From: Eledone cirrhosa
Lineage: Eukaryota
Direction of reading: 5' to 3'
Length of the DNA: 64,000 nt
NCBI GenBank assembly: GCA_964016885.1
Contig: OZ024742.1
Coordinates: 247,008,001-247,072,000 of the forward strand
Of the stretch, positions 29,673 to 43,791 are shown in pieces; the first letter of the stretch is position 1; each line of letters starts with the position of its first letter. A model generated the notes under the pieces. It did not search any database, had not been told where the DNA came from, and saw only the letters and a list, made by a program, of their open reading frames with translations. The position numbers and the translations under genes are program-made.

Positions 29673-31432
29673 ATATCTGGTGTGACTGAAGCATTTTAGA
29701 TCCTTCTCCGCCAGTATCTCACATTTGTGTTTTGAGAATACTAACTAATACTGTTAGCACGTTTTTTGACATACCACAGATTTAATTTGACAGACGGAAT
29801 AAAATAGTGTCCTTTTATTATAATATCAATTACTTTGTAAATTACCACGTTACATATCAACATTATAATCTTTAAGCAACGAACAAGGAAGTTTCTATGT
29901 GTTTCCTTGATCTGCGAGACACAACGGCAAAATCTTTCTTAAAGTCATTTTAAAATGTCTTTAAAATGTTATATAGATAAATGTACTCCTGGATACTTTA
30001 TCCATTAGAAAGAAAAGATGCAATGCTTAGTCCACGCACGAAGGACCCTTTGGGGTGATTCCTAAACTGGTGATAATAAGGGAGGGGGTATTCATCAGAG
30101 TGGTTACCTGACACCAATCCCACCGAGGTTAACTTTGCCTTTCATCCTTACGGGGTCGATAAAATAAAGGACCAGTAATTCACGGCGTAATTGCTGGCCT
30201 TATGCCAAAAGTAGAAACAATTATTAGGCTGATCTGAAGGAAGGAGCTATATCCTTAGTCTTCTGAGTGTCTCACATAGCTATGATAGTGAAGAGGTTTA
30301 TTTTCATCTTGAAGGCGTGTAAAAAAGTATGCTACACTAAAGTCAATTAACTTTTCAGCTATATAAAAATTGTGGAAGAGTTAATCGCGTATTTATTAGT
30401 ATAGCAAATTCAATTATATGTTAGCAGGTGTGTACTTGATACAAATCTGACTAATAATTCAGTGATGATATATCAACGAGACACATGATGTTATTAAACA
30501 ATCTTTCATGTATAAAATATCTAATGAAACACAATTGTATTTAGCAAAAGGGGGTATGAAAACTGTGGTTTTGTCTCCATAAGGAACTATTGTATTCGAC
30601 CGCAAATGTACACACTAATACACAAACACACACACACGCACACATAGACGCGCACGCACACACACACACACTCACACACATAAATATGTACATAGTGTAA
30701 TTCAATTTCCTAAAATTATCTAAGTACATAGATCACACAACTGGGGAACGAGTCATATTATATTAAATATTTTAGTACATCAACAATACATTATTCGAAT
30801 ACACGCGTTTTACTAGAATGATGTAAGATTTTTAAGGAAGAATCTTAGATTCGCCTAGAGAAATACATGTATCCAAAATCATATACCGTTGATGTATATA
30901 AAATGTGTGAAATCCTTGGTACAGTTAGGTATTTAAAAAAAAAAGGCAAACAATGACTTTACTTGCAGTTCTAAACAATTTAATTTTATAATATGATTTT
31001 ACAATTTGATTTTGTACAAAAGCAAATTGTAAAATTAAAATTAAATTGCTTAGAATTACAAGTGAAGTCATTTTTTTCCCTTAAAAAAAAAAAAAAATAT
31101 ATATATATACATACATATGAGATAAGTGTGTTTGCGCCTAGAAACCACTGGTAATGTGCTGGTAAATCAACCCATTAATATAAATACTAAGCATCCACAC
31201 ACACACAGTACCCACACAATACACACATACATACAGAGACACAGACACACAGATACGTACACACGCACACACATATATATATATATATATCAATAAGAAA
31301 ACTCACATCGCAGAGCAGATATAAATTTTCTGATAGCACAGATAGAATTACAGTCATAATATTAGACACAGGTCGACAGTTGACCCAGCAGAGTTGAACC
31401 GTCATATGTTTTGTTTCATAGTCTCTTCCCAC

Positions 31433-31633
<201 letters not shown>

Positions 31634-31717
31634 TTATATATATATATATATTTATATATATATTTATATATATATACATAGATACATACGGATACACACA
31701 CACAGGCGCACAAACAC

Positions 31718-31752
<35 letters not shown>

Positions 31753-32212
31753 TCTATAATGTGTGCTAAGTTTTACGACTATTTATAAAGTTTTCGCTGT
31801 GATTAGATTTCTAGATAGCTGAGATGAACATCATCTTCAGAATATGATGCCAAATAATTTAATGTTAAATTCCTTCATCAAATAGCAGAGCAAACATAAA
31901 AAACAAAAGTAAAAATAAAACATTATAAAAAAAAAAAAAAAAAATTAACAACACACAATAACATTATGAAGCAAAAATAATATTAAACAAATAGCACAAA
32001 CTACAACTAATAAAAATATTCTACAACTAATAATAATAAAAAAAAATAAGGGTCCAATAGTAGTAATTGAACTCAGAATTTCTGGTTCAAAAAATAAATA
32101 AACTAAAAATCTCGTTCATTTAGTAATCAATAAGAAATACAGATAAATCTGTAGATATGCCGAATGAAATTCTAAGTGATTGAGGGTAATGAAAAACAAC
32201 ACACGCACACAC

Positions 32213-32255
<43 letters not shown>

Positions 32256-32272
32256 CATTTACACCCCACCCC

Positions 32273-32305
<33 letters not shown>

Positions 32306-32339
32306 TATACATGTGTTTGTGTCTGTGTGAGTATACATT

Positions 32340-32377
<38 letters not shown>

Positions 32378-32436
32378 AATGTATACTCACACAGACACAA
32401 ACACACGTATACACAGTGACACACACAGACACACAC

Positions 32437-32495
<59 letters not shown>

Positions 32496-33014
32496 TATAT
32501 CTATATATACATATATGTATTATGGTGTATATAACTAAAAGATTAACGAAATCGAGAACAAAGCCAAAACGGAAAAGAAAGATCGGTAAACGATATTAGA
32601 ATGCAGAAAATATATAAATAAACTATAAATGTATAATCAAATAAACAAACAAATAAATAAATATCGATGGAATTGGCATGGGATGGCGGTATCGATGGGT
32701 AGAACACGGCTTCAGTGCAGTGGTTGATGAAAGAAAGAAAGAAAGAAAGAAAAAAACAACAAAAAAAAACAACAACAAAAAACCAATAAAAAAAAGAAAA
32801 ATATTTTTCAATGGTAAACTTTTACAAATTAGATATATTCTCATACGAACCTTCAAACTGAAAACACCCAGCCTTCCTCCCCGCACTCGACCTTCTTCCA
32901 ATTCCCCAAACGCACACACAGCACAGAAGCTGATCTCTAGCAATCTTTTCTTTTGTCTTATTGCTTGCTTTATAAATTTCTTGTTTTAAACAATCAATGT
33001 TTCAACGTACAAAA

Positions 33015-33501
<487 letters not shown>

Positions 33502-34019
33502 GAGGAAAAAAACAACTAGAACAAAAATAAAAATAAAACAAAAGCCCAATGAATTAAGTAAGTTTAAGATATTTCTTCGTTTGTATGGTATTTCTTTTAT
33601 TCTTTTATTTATCCTCTCTTGCTTCATTCATTTTAATCAGATTCCACAGTCAACTCGGTTTATGTTTAAAGAAACTCAAATAATTTCACTGTAAATCAAA
33701 GTAGGAGATAGTTGGTTAAGAATACAGAATCACAGAATATAGTGTAAAGAACAGGAATAGAGGAATATATTTTTCTATTGCTCTACTCTATTGGTTTGGT
33801 GTTTCACTTTATTTCTCACACTTTGGGTTCGGGGACAGTTTAAAACATGATCGCCATCATGAACACCTAAAATTCTACCGGAAACCATCAAACCAAAATA
33901 GAGTGTTCTCAATGTGTTAGTTTGACTTGCTAAAAATAGTAGCTGAATCTCCCTTAAATTACTCTATTTCTTAAGGACACAATGGACAATAAAGACTAGC
34001 GCTTTTTTCTTACTGTTTA

Positions 34020-34370
34020 TTCACGCAAAATGCACCTACTATTCTCTGTAAAGTTGCAATGCTGGCAAGCACGATAAAAAGCACCCAATGCACTTTGTAA
34101 TTTGAGAATGCTGGTATCACGATAAAATACATCAACTACACTCTGTAAGTGACATTGCTAGTATTACGATAAAATACACTCAATATACTCTGTAGAGTAG
34201 CAGTGCTGATGTCACGTTAAAATGCGCCAATTATAGTCTATATGCTTCAGTACACTCTGCTGTTGCCGTGTTAAAATGCACCCAATACACAATGAAAAAT
34301 GACTGAGTAAAAATACACTGAGTACCTTTCGTAAATTGATTGGAGTTATGAAACATATCCAGTTGAAAAA
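34020..34370 (+). repeat. Degenerate ~55-60 bp tandem repeat (tgctgg..cacgataaaa..cacccaatacactctgtaa)
   Basis: Five to six decayed units visible. Confidence 0.6.
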
Positions 34371-34480
34371 ACCTACAAAAAATGATAACCCACACAAACC
34401 ATGCCAACATAGACAACGGACGTAAAATAATGGTGGTGATGATGATGATTATGATAATGATGGTGATGATGATGATGATA

Positions 34481-34650
34481 ATTGTCTCTACTTTAGGCAC
34501 AAGGCCAGCAATTACCCAGTGCATTACTGGTACTTTGTTTTATCGACCCCGTAAGGATGAAAGGCAAAGTCAACCTCGGCGGGATTTGAACTCAGATCGT
34601 AAAGGGACGTAACTATGCTGGAATGCATGGCGTCCGACCCTCTACTGATA
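34481..34650 (-). mobile_element. tRNA-derived SINE
   Basis: Reverse complement of the 27903 family, embedded in (GAT)n. Confidence 0.85.
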
Positions 34651-34803
34651 CTGATGATGATAATGATGATGAAGATGATAACGATGCTGATGATGCTGAT
34701 GATGATAATGATGATGATGATGTTGGTGATGATGATGATGATGATAATGATGATAATGATGATGATGATGAAGGCGGTGATGGTGATGACGAAGACGACG
34801 AAT

Positions 34804-34836
<33 letters not shown>

Positions 34837-34927
34837 TGGATGATGTTGATGATTATGATGATGAGAGGGTTGATGATAGCGATGATGATGATGATGATGA
34901 TGCTGATGATGATGATAATGATGATGG

Positions 34928-34976
<49 letters not shown>

Positions 34977-35145
34977 AATGATGATGACTACGACGATCAT
35001 GTTGATGCTAATGACGAACGACGACGACGACGACGATGATGTTATGATGATGGTGGTGATGTTGATGCTAATGATGATGATGACGATGAAAATGATGATT
35101 ATGATGAAGGTTATGATGTTGACCATGTTGATGATGATGACGAGG
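34651..35145. repeat. (GAT)n trinucleotide microsatellite
   Basis: Direct reading. Confidence 0.95.
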
Positions 35146-35419
35146 AGGGACAAAAAAAATATATCATCCAGCCGAGTCCAAATCCAAATGCTTGCAACAG
35201 AATGGACTCGGCTAAAGGCACATGTGTGTACCACGTAAGTAGGTCCCGGGGAGATCTAAACTATGTAGGTAAAGAATTGTAATAACTACCGCAAGGCATC
35301 TACCCCCCCCCCCACACACACACCTACGGTGTAACAACTCCGTCAATCTACAACCCTAGGCGGCTTCAAAACCATGGACTTTCATTTAGATATATTAAAC
35401 ATGAAGCAATAAGGTTAGA

Positions 35420-36080
35420 TGATACGTCTTATGGTGGCGCCGACGATGGCGATGATGACACCGACGACGAGGACAACGACGGCGGCGGCGAAGTCTATGC
35501 CGATATCGATGATGACGGCGGCGGCGGCGGCGTCGACGATGGTAATGTCGCCGACGACGATGCCGATATCGATGATGACAGCCGCGGCGCGGCGGCGCGG
35601 CGGCGTCGACGATGGTAATGTCGGTACGACGACGATGCCGATATCGATAATGACAGCGGCGGCGTCGACGATGGTAATGTCGCCGACGACGATGCCGATA
35701 TCGATGATGACGGCCACGATGGCGATGACGCAGACGACAATAGTGATGATGCCGACGACTACGGCGGCAATGGCGATATCGACGACGACGACGACGATGG
35801 TGATGTCATCGACGACGATGCCGATGACGATGATGACGATATCGATGATGACGCGCGACGACGATGACGACGACGTCGACGACGACGACAATGTCGAAAA
35901 CGATACCGATATCGATGATGACGACGACGACGACGATGGTGATGTCGCCGCCGACGACGACGACGACGCCGACGATGTTGACGATGCCGATGACGATGAT
36001 GACGATGTCGATATCAATAATGACGGCGACGACGACCAGGATGAGGATGATATTGATTATGATGACATTGATCATTATTA
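35420..36080. repeat. CpG-rich (GAC/GAT/GGC)-derived minisatellite
   Basis: Unit gccgacgacgatgccgatatcgatgatgacggcggcggcgtcgacgatggtaatgtc repeated about 4 times, then decays. Confidence 0.85.
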
Positions 36081-36177
36081 TGATAATCGAAAATGAAGAT
36101 GAAAATTACGCCGACACAGATTGTAATATTCCTAATAATAGTTATTACCGGAGACAACAACAACAATAACAATAATA

Positions 36178-36821
36178 ATTGCTTCTACTTTGGTACAAGG
36201 CCAGCAGTCATCCCAGTGTATTACTGGTACTTTATTTTATCGACCCCCGTAAGGATGAAAGGCAAAGTTAACCTCGGCGGGATTTGAACTCAGACCATAA
36301 AGGGCCGTAACTCTTTGCTGCAAAGCATGGCGTCCGACCCTCTACCTATACTGCCAATGGTTTCTGATTTAGGCACAAGGCCAATATATTTTGGAGGGCG
36401 GGGATCGATTAAATCGATCCAAGTCCGTTACTTGTACTATATTTTATCGATATACAAGGATGAAAAGCAAAACTAACCTCGGCGGTATTTTCATTCAGAA
36501 CGTAAAGGGCTGTAACTCTATGCCGCAAGCATTTTGTTCGACGCTCTACCGATAGTGCCAACAAATAATAAGATAAAGGAGATAAAGAACATGGCCACAA
36601 CAACGACAAGAGGGGCAGCAATATCAACAACAACAATAACTGTTTCTACTTTTGGCACAAGGCCAGCAATTACTCAGTGTATTACTGGTACTTTATTTTA
36701 TCGACCCCGTAAGGATGAAAGGCAAAATTAAACTCGGCGGGATTTGAACTCAGAATGAGAAGGGCCGTAACTCTATGCGTGAAAGCATGGCGTCCGACCC
36801 TTTACCGATACTGCCAATCCA
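36178..36821 (-). mobile_element. Three consecutive tRNA-derived SINEs (36178-36358, 36361-36560, 36640-36821)
   Basis: Each has the reverse-complement body and tRNA-like head; the middle copy has a different tail. Confidence 0.85.
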
Positions 36822-36824
36822 CCA

Positions 36825-37355
36825 TCAATAACAATGATGTCAACAGCAGCAGCTACAACAACAACTTCAGCAATAGTAAAGCCTACAACAAAGTAACAAC
36901 AACAACAACAATATCAACACTAACAACAGAAATGGCAATAAGATTAACAACAACAATAACAACAACAACGAGAATAATGACAACAACAACAATAACGACA
37001 ACAACAAGAAGAATAACGACAACAAGAATAACGACAACGACAATAACAACAACAAGAAAAACAACAAGAAAAACAACAACGACAATGACGACAACAAGAA
37101 CAACAACAACGACAATGACGACAACAACAACAATAATAACGACAACGACGACAAGAATAACGATACAAATAAGGACAACAACAACAAGAGTAACAACGAC
37201 AACAATAACGACAACAACAAGAATAACAACAACGACAAAAACAACGACAAAAACGACAACAACAAGAATAACGACAACAAGAATAACCACAACAACAACA
37301 ACACGACAACAACAACAATAACAACAACAGCAATATAACATCAACAACAATAACC
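36825..37355. repeat. (AAC)n-rich trinucleotide microsatellite
   Basis: Direct reading. Confidence 0.95.
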
Positions 37356-37719
37356 AAACGCCGATGGGAACCGATAAAAAAGACAAATTTGAAGGAAATT
37401 AAAGATGGACGTAATACAATTGGTAAGAAGATAGTGGGCTGTGGTGTGGGTTCGGATCCACCTCTCCACCCTCAATAGTTCCCAACCACAGATTTTACCC
37501 TCCCTCAATTCTTTCACTCATTGTCATGTACTCCTCCTCCACCTCTTACTCTTCTTTACCCTTCCTCCCCCCTCCATAATGCCTGTTATTATACCCTACT
37601 ACGCCTCCCTTATTATGTCATCCCTCCAGCTTTCCCATCTGGAGAAGTTGATGGAATCACCTTTTATCTATCTCCCTTTCATACACATACACACTCACAC
37701 ACAAACACATACACATATA

Positions 37720-37826
<107 letters not shown>

Positions 37827-37898
37827 CGCATTGATATCTATCTATCTATCGATGTATGTATGTATATATGTATGAATGAATATATATATATAAATATA

Positions 37899-37938
<40 letters not shown>

Positions 37939-37951
37939 TATATATGTATAT

Positions 37952-37990
<39 letters not shown>

Positions 37991-38865
37991 GACAGATACA
38001 CACACACACACTCACACACACACACACATGTATATATAAATGTGAGGGGGTGGTGTAATTGCATGTCTGCGCCTATATTTTGTAACGTGTACCAGGATTG
38101 TGGTTGTGGTAGCGATGGAATGCTGATTGATTGCCATTTTTTTGGGAACAAATCGATGGATGATGATACAATATGATTAACATCACGTACAATATTGAAG
38201 ATACACACACACATACACACACATACACACACATATATATATATACAAGATTTTTATATGTATATATGTATATATACATGTATATATGTATATATATATG
38301 TGTGTATATATTGATATATATGCAAAGAATCGTAGTATGGTGATGCTATGTAATATCATTGATGAGGTTACTAGAATAATGTCGTGTTTGTTGTTGTTGG
38401 TATTTAGTCCAGGTCAGCTTTGATCCGGCAGATCTACAACCACAACAAGACTAAAAAATAAGTTTATTATACATATGGCCGTAACATTGATTTACAAACC
38501 TAATCAAATATACGCTATATCGGCGCGTCTGTAAGGGAATTGGATTCGCAATCGTGCGGTTGTGTGATCAGTTTCCGGACCAGACGATGCGTTATGTCTT
38601 TCAGCAAGACACTTTATTTTACGTTGCTCCTTCTACTTGGATAGGTAGTATTAGCAATTGGAAAGACCAGTGGAGACATTTTTTCCTCGATCCGATTTGA
38701 CGAAATTCGATCGATTGTCGATATATTTATATATACCTAAAACAAAATTTACTATAGAAATGGCGTTTACAGCACTAGAACTGTATCATTCGAAACCGTT
38801 CTAGTGCTGTAGAAGCCATTTCTATATTAATTTTTGTTAATATATATAAATATATATATATATAT

Positions 38866-39052
38866 AACAAAGGAATTGTGGTAAGGAACCAGATGGACCA
38901 TAACGCACAAGAGTACTCAATACACAGGGTAGTAGAGTGGGAAATAGGAAAAAGGTATGAGCCCGACGGCAGAGCTCAAGCCGTTTCGACGTCTATTTCT
39001 GGACTGAAATAGCCGTCGAAACGGCTTGAGCTCTGCCGTCGGGGTCATACTT

Positions 39053-39056
<4 letters not shown>
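38866..39056 (-). mobile_element. Fold-back PLE terminal repeat in (TA)n
   Basis: Family of 29161; inverted arms meet at about 39000. Confidence 0.85.
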
Positions 39057-39126
<70 letters not shown>

Positions 39127-39294
39127 CCCATATATATATAAACATACACACACTAGCAGTAAACCCGACGTTACACAGGGAAGAGATAACACAGTCGATG
39201 TATAATTACTTGGCAAATAATAATTGCAATTCGGCATAAATATATAATTAAAAGCGCGTTTACGAAGATTATGAACAGGAAAGATGACAATACG

Positions 39295-39950
39295 CACCTT
39301 TGGTGGAGTCCGACATCCAAATTGAATGGTTTCGATTTAGCGCAATTTATCCAAACACAAATACTCAGTCCTTCCTATAGAAATATCAGGGCGATAAGAA
39401 GCTGTCCTTCAATCACATACTCTTACAGAACTTTTCACACCAGGTCCCTTGGAACGCCACTGTATACACACCTTTGTTATACTCACGTAGAGTCCTTTCG
39501 CAGAGTGAATATTTGGTCGGCTATGCTATGCAGATGGCAAAAACCACACTGTTCTTTAATTAACTTTGACTCGACAATATCCCTACATCTCTTTGATAGA
39601 TATCTAAAATAGACTTTATCTCTTCTGTCTTCCTTTTTTAAAATTGGGATTAGCACAGCTTATTGCAATTGTCTAGGGGCCTTTCCAGAGATCCAGGCGA
39701 CTCGACACACACACCAGTCTGGGCATGTCATCTCTACTTAAAGCTTTTAATAGCGGGCCGAATTGTAACCTTCACAGAGGCCTTGCCATATTTCAACGCT
39801 TTAATTGCTCTTGTGACCTCAGCCCCTCAGAGGTTAGTCTTAATTCATAGATCTATTTCATGTACATCAGATATTGTGACCGGATTTAATAGACCAGCAA
39901 AGTATTCCGACAGCCCATCCGCCGACATCGTATTAAGTTCATTGCCACGG
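39295..39950 (-). mobile_element. Highly decayed RTE-like LINE RT fragment
   Basis: Reverse complement resembles 1690-2125 (aaaccattcaat, cagtgtggtttt, gaccaaatattcac). Confidence 0.65.
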
Positions 39951-40039
39951 AACGTCGTCACGAACCAAAGTATCGTGTTCCTTCTTTGCTTAAACTTTAA
40001 TCAGTTCTTATAATAAATATTTGCTCTACGGGTTTATAT

Positions 40040-40070
<31 letters not shown>

Positions 40071-40112
40071 AATATATATATATAAACCCGTAGAGCAAAT
40101 ATTTATTATTTA

Positions 40113-40352
40113 TAGAGGTGAGTGAGGTTAGCTGGACATGCTCACCGACACCAAGAGTTGACATTGCACTTAGTGTTCCTGTGGGAGCCCCTACATGGAC
40201 ACACTGGAAGAGGAAGACCAAGGTTAACGTATGTTGATGCCCTAAGGACAGACACTGGTCTGTTTGAGACGCAGGATATGGCAGCGATAATGAGGGACAG
40301 AGACCGCTGGAGAGAACTCGTCAATGGATCTCGGGAATTTTACCCGCCCTAG
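40113..40352 (+). mobile_element. RTE-like LINE 3' end
   Basis: RLAGHAHRH..LWEP.HG..GRGRPRLTYVD C-terminal motif; ends directly in a TA tract. Confidence 0.8.
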
Positions 40353-40522
40353 AATATATATATATAATCCTTATCGAACCCTCTTCGGATTTTAGTCTTC
40401 ACATTTATTATTACTATTAATATATATACATATATATATTTTTTTACAAATAAACACGCCTACCTCTATACACTCACACACATACATATATATATGTTTT
40501 AAATATATATATATACATATAT

Positions 40523-40887
40523 ATATTATCAAGAAAACGAAAAATCAGTGATGCATCTGGACTAAGTTTATTTCGTGTTACAAATGTTTCGCCGGCATGT
40601 AGCTTGAGTCATGGTCCTTGTATGGATCTGGCTGATTCTACTTCTGCGGGTTCTTTCAGACACAGCTGTTATGTCCGGAGAACCCGCAGAAGTAGAATCA
40701 GCCAGATCCATACAAGGACCATGACTCAAGCTACATGCCGGCGAAACATTTGTAACACGAAATAAACTTATTCCAGATGCATCACTGATTTTTCGTTTTC
40801 TTGATAATATCTAAACTCTACTCTGATGAATATCGAGTGCTAATTTTGGCATCCCGACTACGGAAGCACCATAACTACCACTATACA

Positions 40888-40891
<4 letters not shown>
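40523..40891. mobile_element. Palindromic PLE-type terminal repeat (~132 bp near-perfect arms) with HHR-like motif
   Basis: 40523-40654 vs 40679-40810; minus strand gtgt-CTGAAAGA-acccgca...tgccggc-GAAA-catttg-TA-acac (one extra A in the core). Confidence 0.8.
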
Positions 40892-40925
<34 letters not shown>

Positions 40926-40927
<2 letters not shown>

Positions 40928-43791
40928 AGAGTATTGAAGTTTGTTTGAAGCATTGTGGAATAATAAGGTAAATTTCTTTAAGTCGTTTGGAAGCCTCGAC
41001 AATGCAGATGGGTAAATCTCCGGGTAACAAGATCCGGTAGTGGAAAGAGAGATGTAAGTGGGTGTACGTTAAGATACGTGGCGTGTATAAGACTGTAACG
41101 TGTAGAGGAATGAAGCAAAGAGCGTAAAGGATAAAAATAAAAATAACAACACGAGAAAGAGTTACCTTGGGAGAGATTTAATTGTCCCTATATATTTCGG
41201 ATTCACATCCATCAACTGGGGTATTTTCCGGGGGGTGGGGGGTTGTCTGTATGAAAGGTGCGAAACGTGTCCTCTGCTGTTCGTTGTTTTGAATATCTGA
41301 GGTATTCAGCAGAGCGCGCGTGCGTGTGAAATGGGGTCGGTCAGGCAGAGGTCAGCGGCCGAAGTAGTTCTTTCAATTGTGGGAGTGCGGTGGCGCTAGC
41401 TGTCAGTCCACTCTCTGCCTGTTTGGTGAATCTTACTGTGTGTGTGTTGTTGTCTCGCTTGTGTGTGTATGAGCGTGTGTTGTTGCCTTGTTCCTCTGTA
41501 TTGGCAGTGTAGTATGTTCGTATGGTGGAATGCTACTGTGTGCGTGTGTGCGTGTGTTGCTGCATCGTTTGTTAACTTAAACCAACCACCTCATTTCGCT
41601 TCTCTCGGATCGGTTATTTAATTGTAGCCCTAGGCGTTTGATCCAAAGTGTTTCCTTGATACGTAACGTGCCGACGTTTCTTTCTGTCGCTAGAATTGTG
41701 ACTATGGGCCTTCCGTCTTTGATTCCGCATTTGGCTGTTTCCGGAAAGACTAGGCCCTGGTTTTAGTGTGTTCCTTGATCCGGATGTGCAACGGCCGGAT
41801 TGTGCTACCTATATAGTATTGGTTGCACTTGTTACATTCTATCTTATACACGACGTATGTGCGTAGGCAACAGTTCGCATGGCGTATCGGGCAGTCTCTG
41901 AGGGACCACGCCTCAGTGGTTTCCCGGGTTTCCTGGAGAGGCATCTTCGCAGGGAGGGGCCCGAGTGAGCCAGGTGGATGTCGAGGCCCTCCCTCCGTAT
42001 AGCTTTGCGGATAGCGTTGGTGGTATTCTCGCCCAGGTGTGGCATTTTAAGGAAGCACTTGCCTTGGGTGCCTCTCTGTCTCTTGTGTCTGGTGTCTCCT
42101 ACTCTGTCTGTGAGCGAGGTAGGGTACCCGTTCGTCTCCAGCACCTCGAGGAATCGCTTGGTATGAGTGACACCACTTGCGGGATCGCTGCATCTGTTTC
42201 TGATTCGCGCGATCTCGTTCGTGATGTATCCTCTTTTGGCACTGTTAGGGAGGGCGGACTTGTAGTGGACGAACAGGTCCCTGTAGGCTGCCTTTCGGTA
42301 GAAGGTACAGTGGATCCCTCCCTGTTCCGTGATGTTGATTCGGAAGTCGAGGAGGGCAAGTGACCCGTCGTCGTTGGGGTGTTCAACACTGAAGTCAATG
42401 TTCTCGTCCGTGTTGTTGAACGTCTCATAGATTCTGTTCGCCATGTCTTGGGAAGATGTGAGGATGAGGATATCGTCCACGTACCTTGAGAAAAAGGCGA
42501 CGGCGTTGGGGTGGCAGGCGTTGAGTGCCTTGCGCTCGAGGCTGTCCATGTAAGAGATCGCTAGCACACCCGACAGGCTTGATCCCATGGGCAGTCCCGA
42601 GGGATGTTGGTATGTTTGGTCAAGGAATCCGAAGTAGGTGTTGTCGACGACGATGGATAGGAGTTGGTGAATGTCAGTGGTGGTGAGCCCGAAGCAGTGT
42701 AGGTCGGTGGGTTGGACGCGTTCCATCAGTATACTGACGGCCATCAGTATACTGAAGGCATATCTGTTATTCTTTCTGGTGTCGGGATCCATTTGATGCA
42801 AGCGCTTCAACACCTCCTCGGAACTGTTAACGTGTCCCGGCAAGGTGTCTAAGATGGGTTTGAGTATTCTGGCTAGGAGCCATGAAATTTTGTAGAGTGG
42901 TCCTTCCACTCTCGATACAATGGGCCTGATCTTCAGGTCGGGTCCCTGTTTCTGTGTTTTCACGAGGTGGTAGAAGGCGTGTAGTCTGCTGTTCCTCGTG
43001 AGGAGGTTGTATCTCAGCTTTTTCGGGAATTTCCGCCGGTCGCAGATGTAGGTCCAGGCGGCGTTGATGTGCTCTTCTATCTGCGCGAGAGTGATTCCCG
43101 TGACCTTGGTGTAGAAGTTGTCATCGTGAAGGTGTTGGAGGGCCAGGGTGTTGTAGGCCTCTCTGCTGATGACGCAGAATTATTTTCCCTTGTCGGAGGG
43201 GAGGTAGATGAGGGTCTTCGATTGTAGGTTGGAGAGACTGGTGAGTTGAGATTTGGTGAGGTTGTGTGTTGTGCGTGTGTGTGTGTTTGTGAAGTATATC
43301 CGAGATGGAGTGTTTTAGCCTGATGAGTTTCGTGTCGAGTTCGTGGTTGGTGGGTGGGGGGTGGAGTGGGTTGTCGGGGTGGTAAGTGGGGAACTTGGGT
43401 GGGTTGCTTGGGCGCTGTTATTTTCTGTGGCGCTGTTGATGGCGGTCACCTATTTAATTTGGTAAGCGGCTCGACAAAAGTTGGCCTCGATGTTGATTTT
43501 GAGTCTGTCGTTGAGTCGTTGTGAGACGATGAACTTCGGTCCGAGGTGTCGGAGTTTCAGCTCGTCGCTCGTGAGAGTGCCGGTTAGGTCGGTGACGAGG
43601 TGCGTCGCATCGTTGAGGTGTGGCTCGGTGTTGTTGGATGCGGCGGTGGCGGTTGTTAAGTTGTTGTTTTCCACGTGGTTCTGGTCCGTCTGTTCGTTAG
43701 TGTCGATGTTCTCGTTGTGGAGTTTAGACAAGATCCACTCATATTTCCGCTTGAGCCGTTTTTTCTCGTATTGGACTCTACACAATTTCAT
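40926..43791 (-). mobile_element. Penelope-like element, longer arm of an inverted pair
   Basis: YLPSDKG, IRPIVS, GLPMGSSLS, RYVDDIL, VVYKIECNKCNQYYIGST; 3' UTR runs into (TA)n. Confidence 0.92.

Noticed and set aside
34524-37386. Long poly-Met, poly-Ile, poly-Asp, poly-Thr and poly-Cys ORFs
   Set aside because: Translations of trinucleotide microsatellites lacking stops; no coding evidence.
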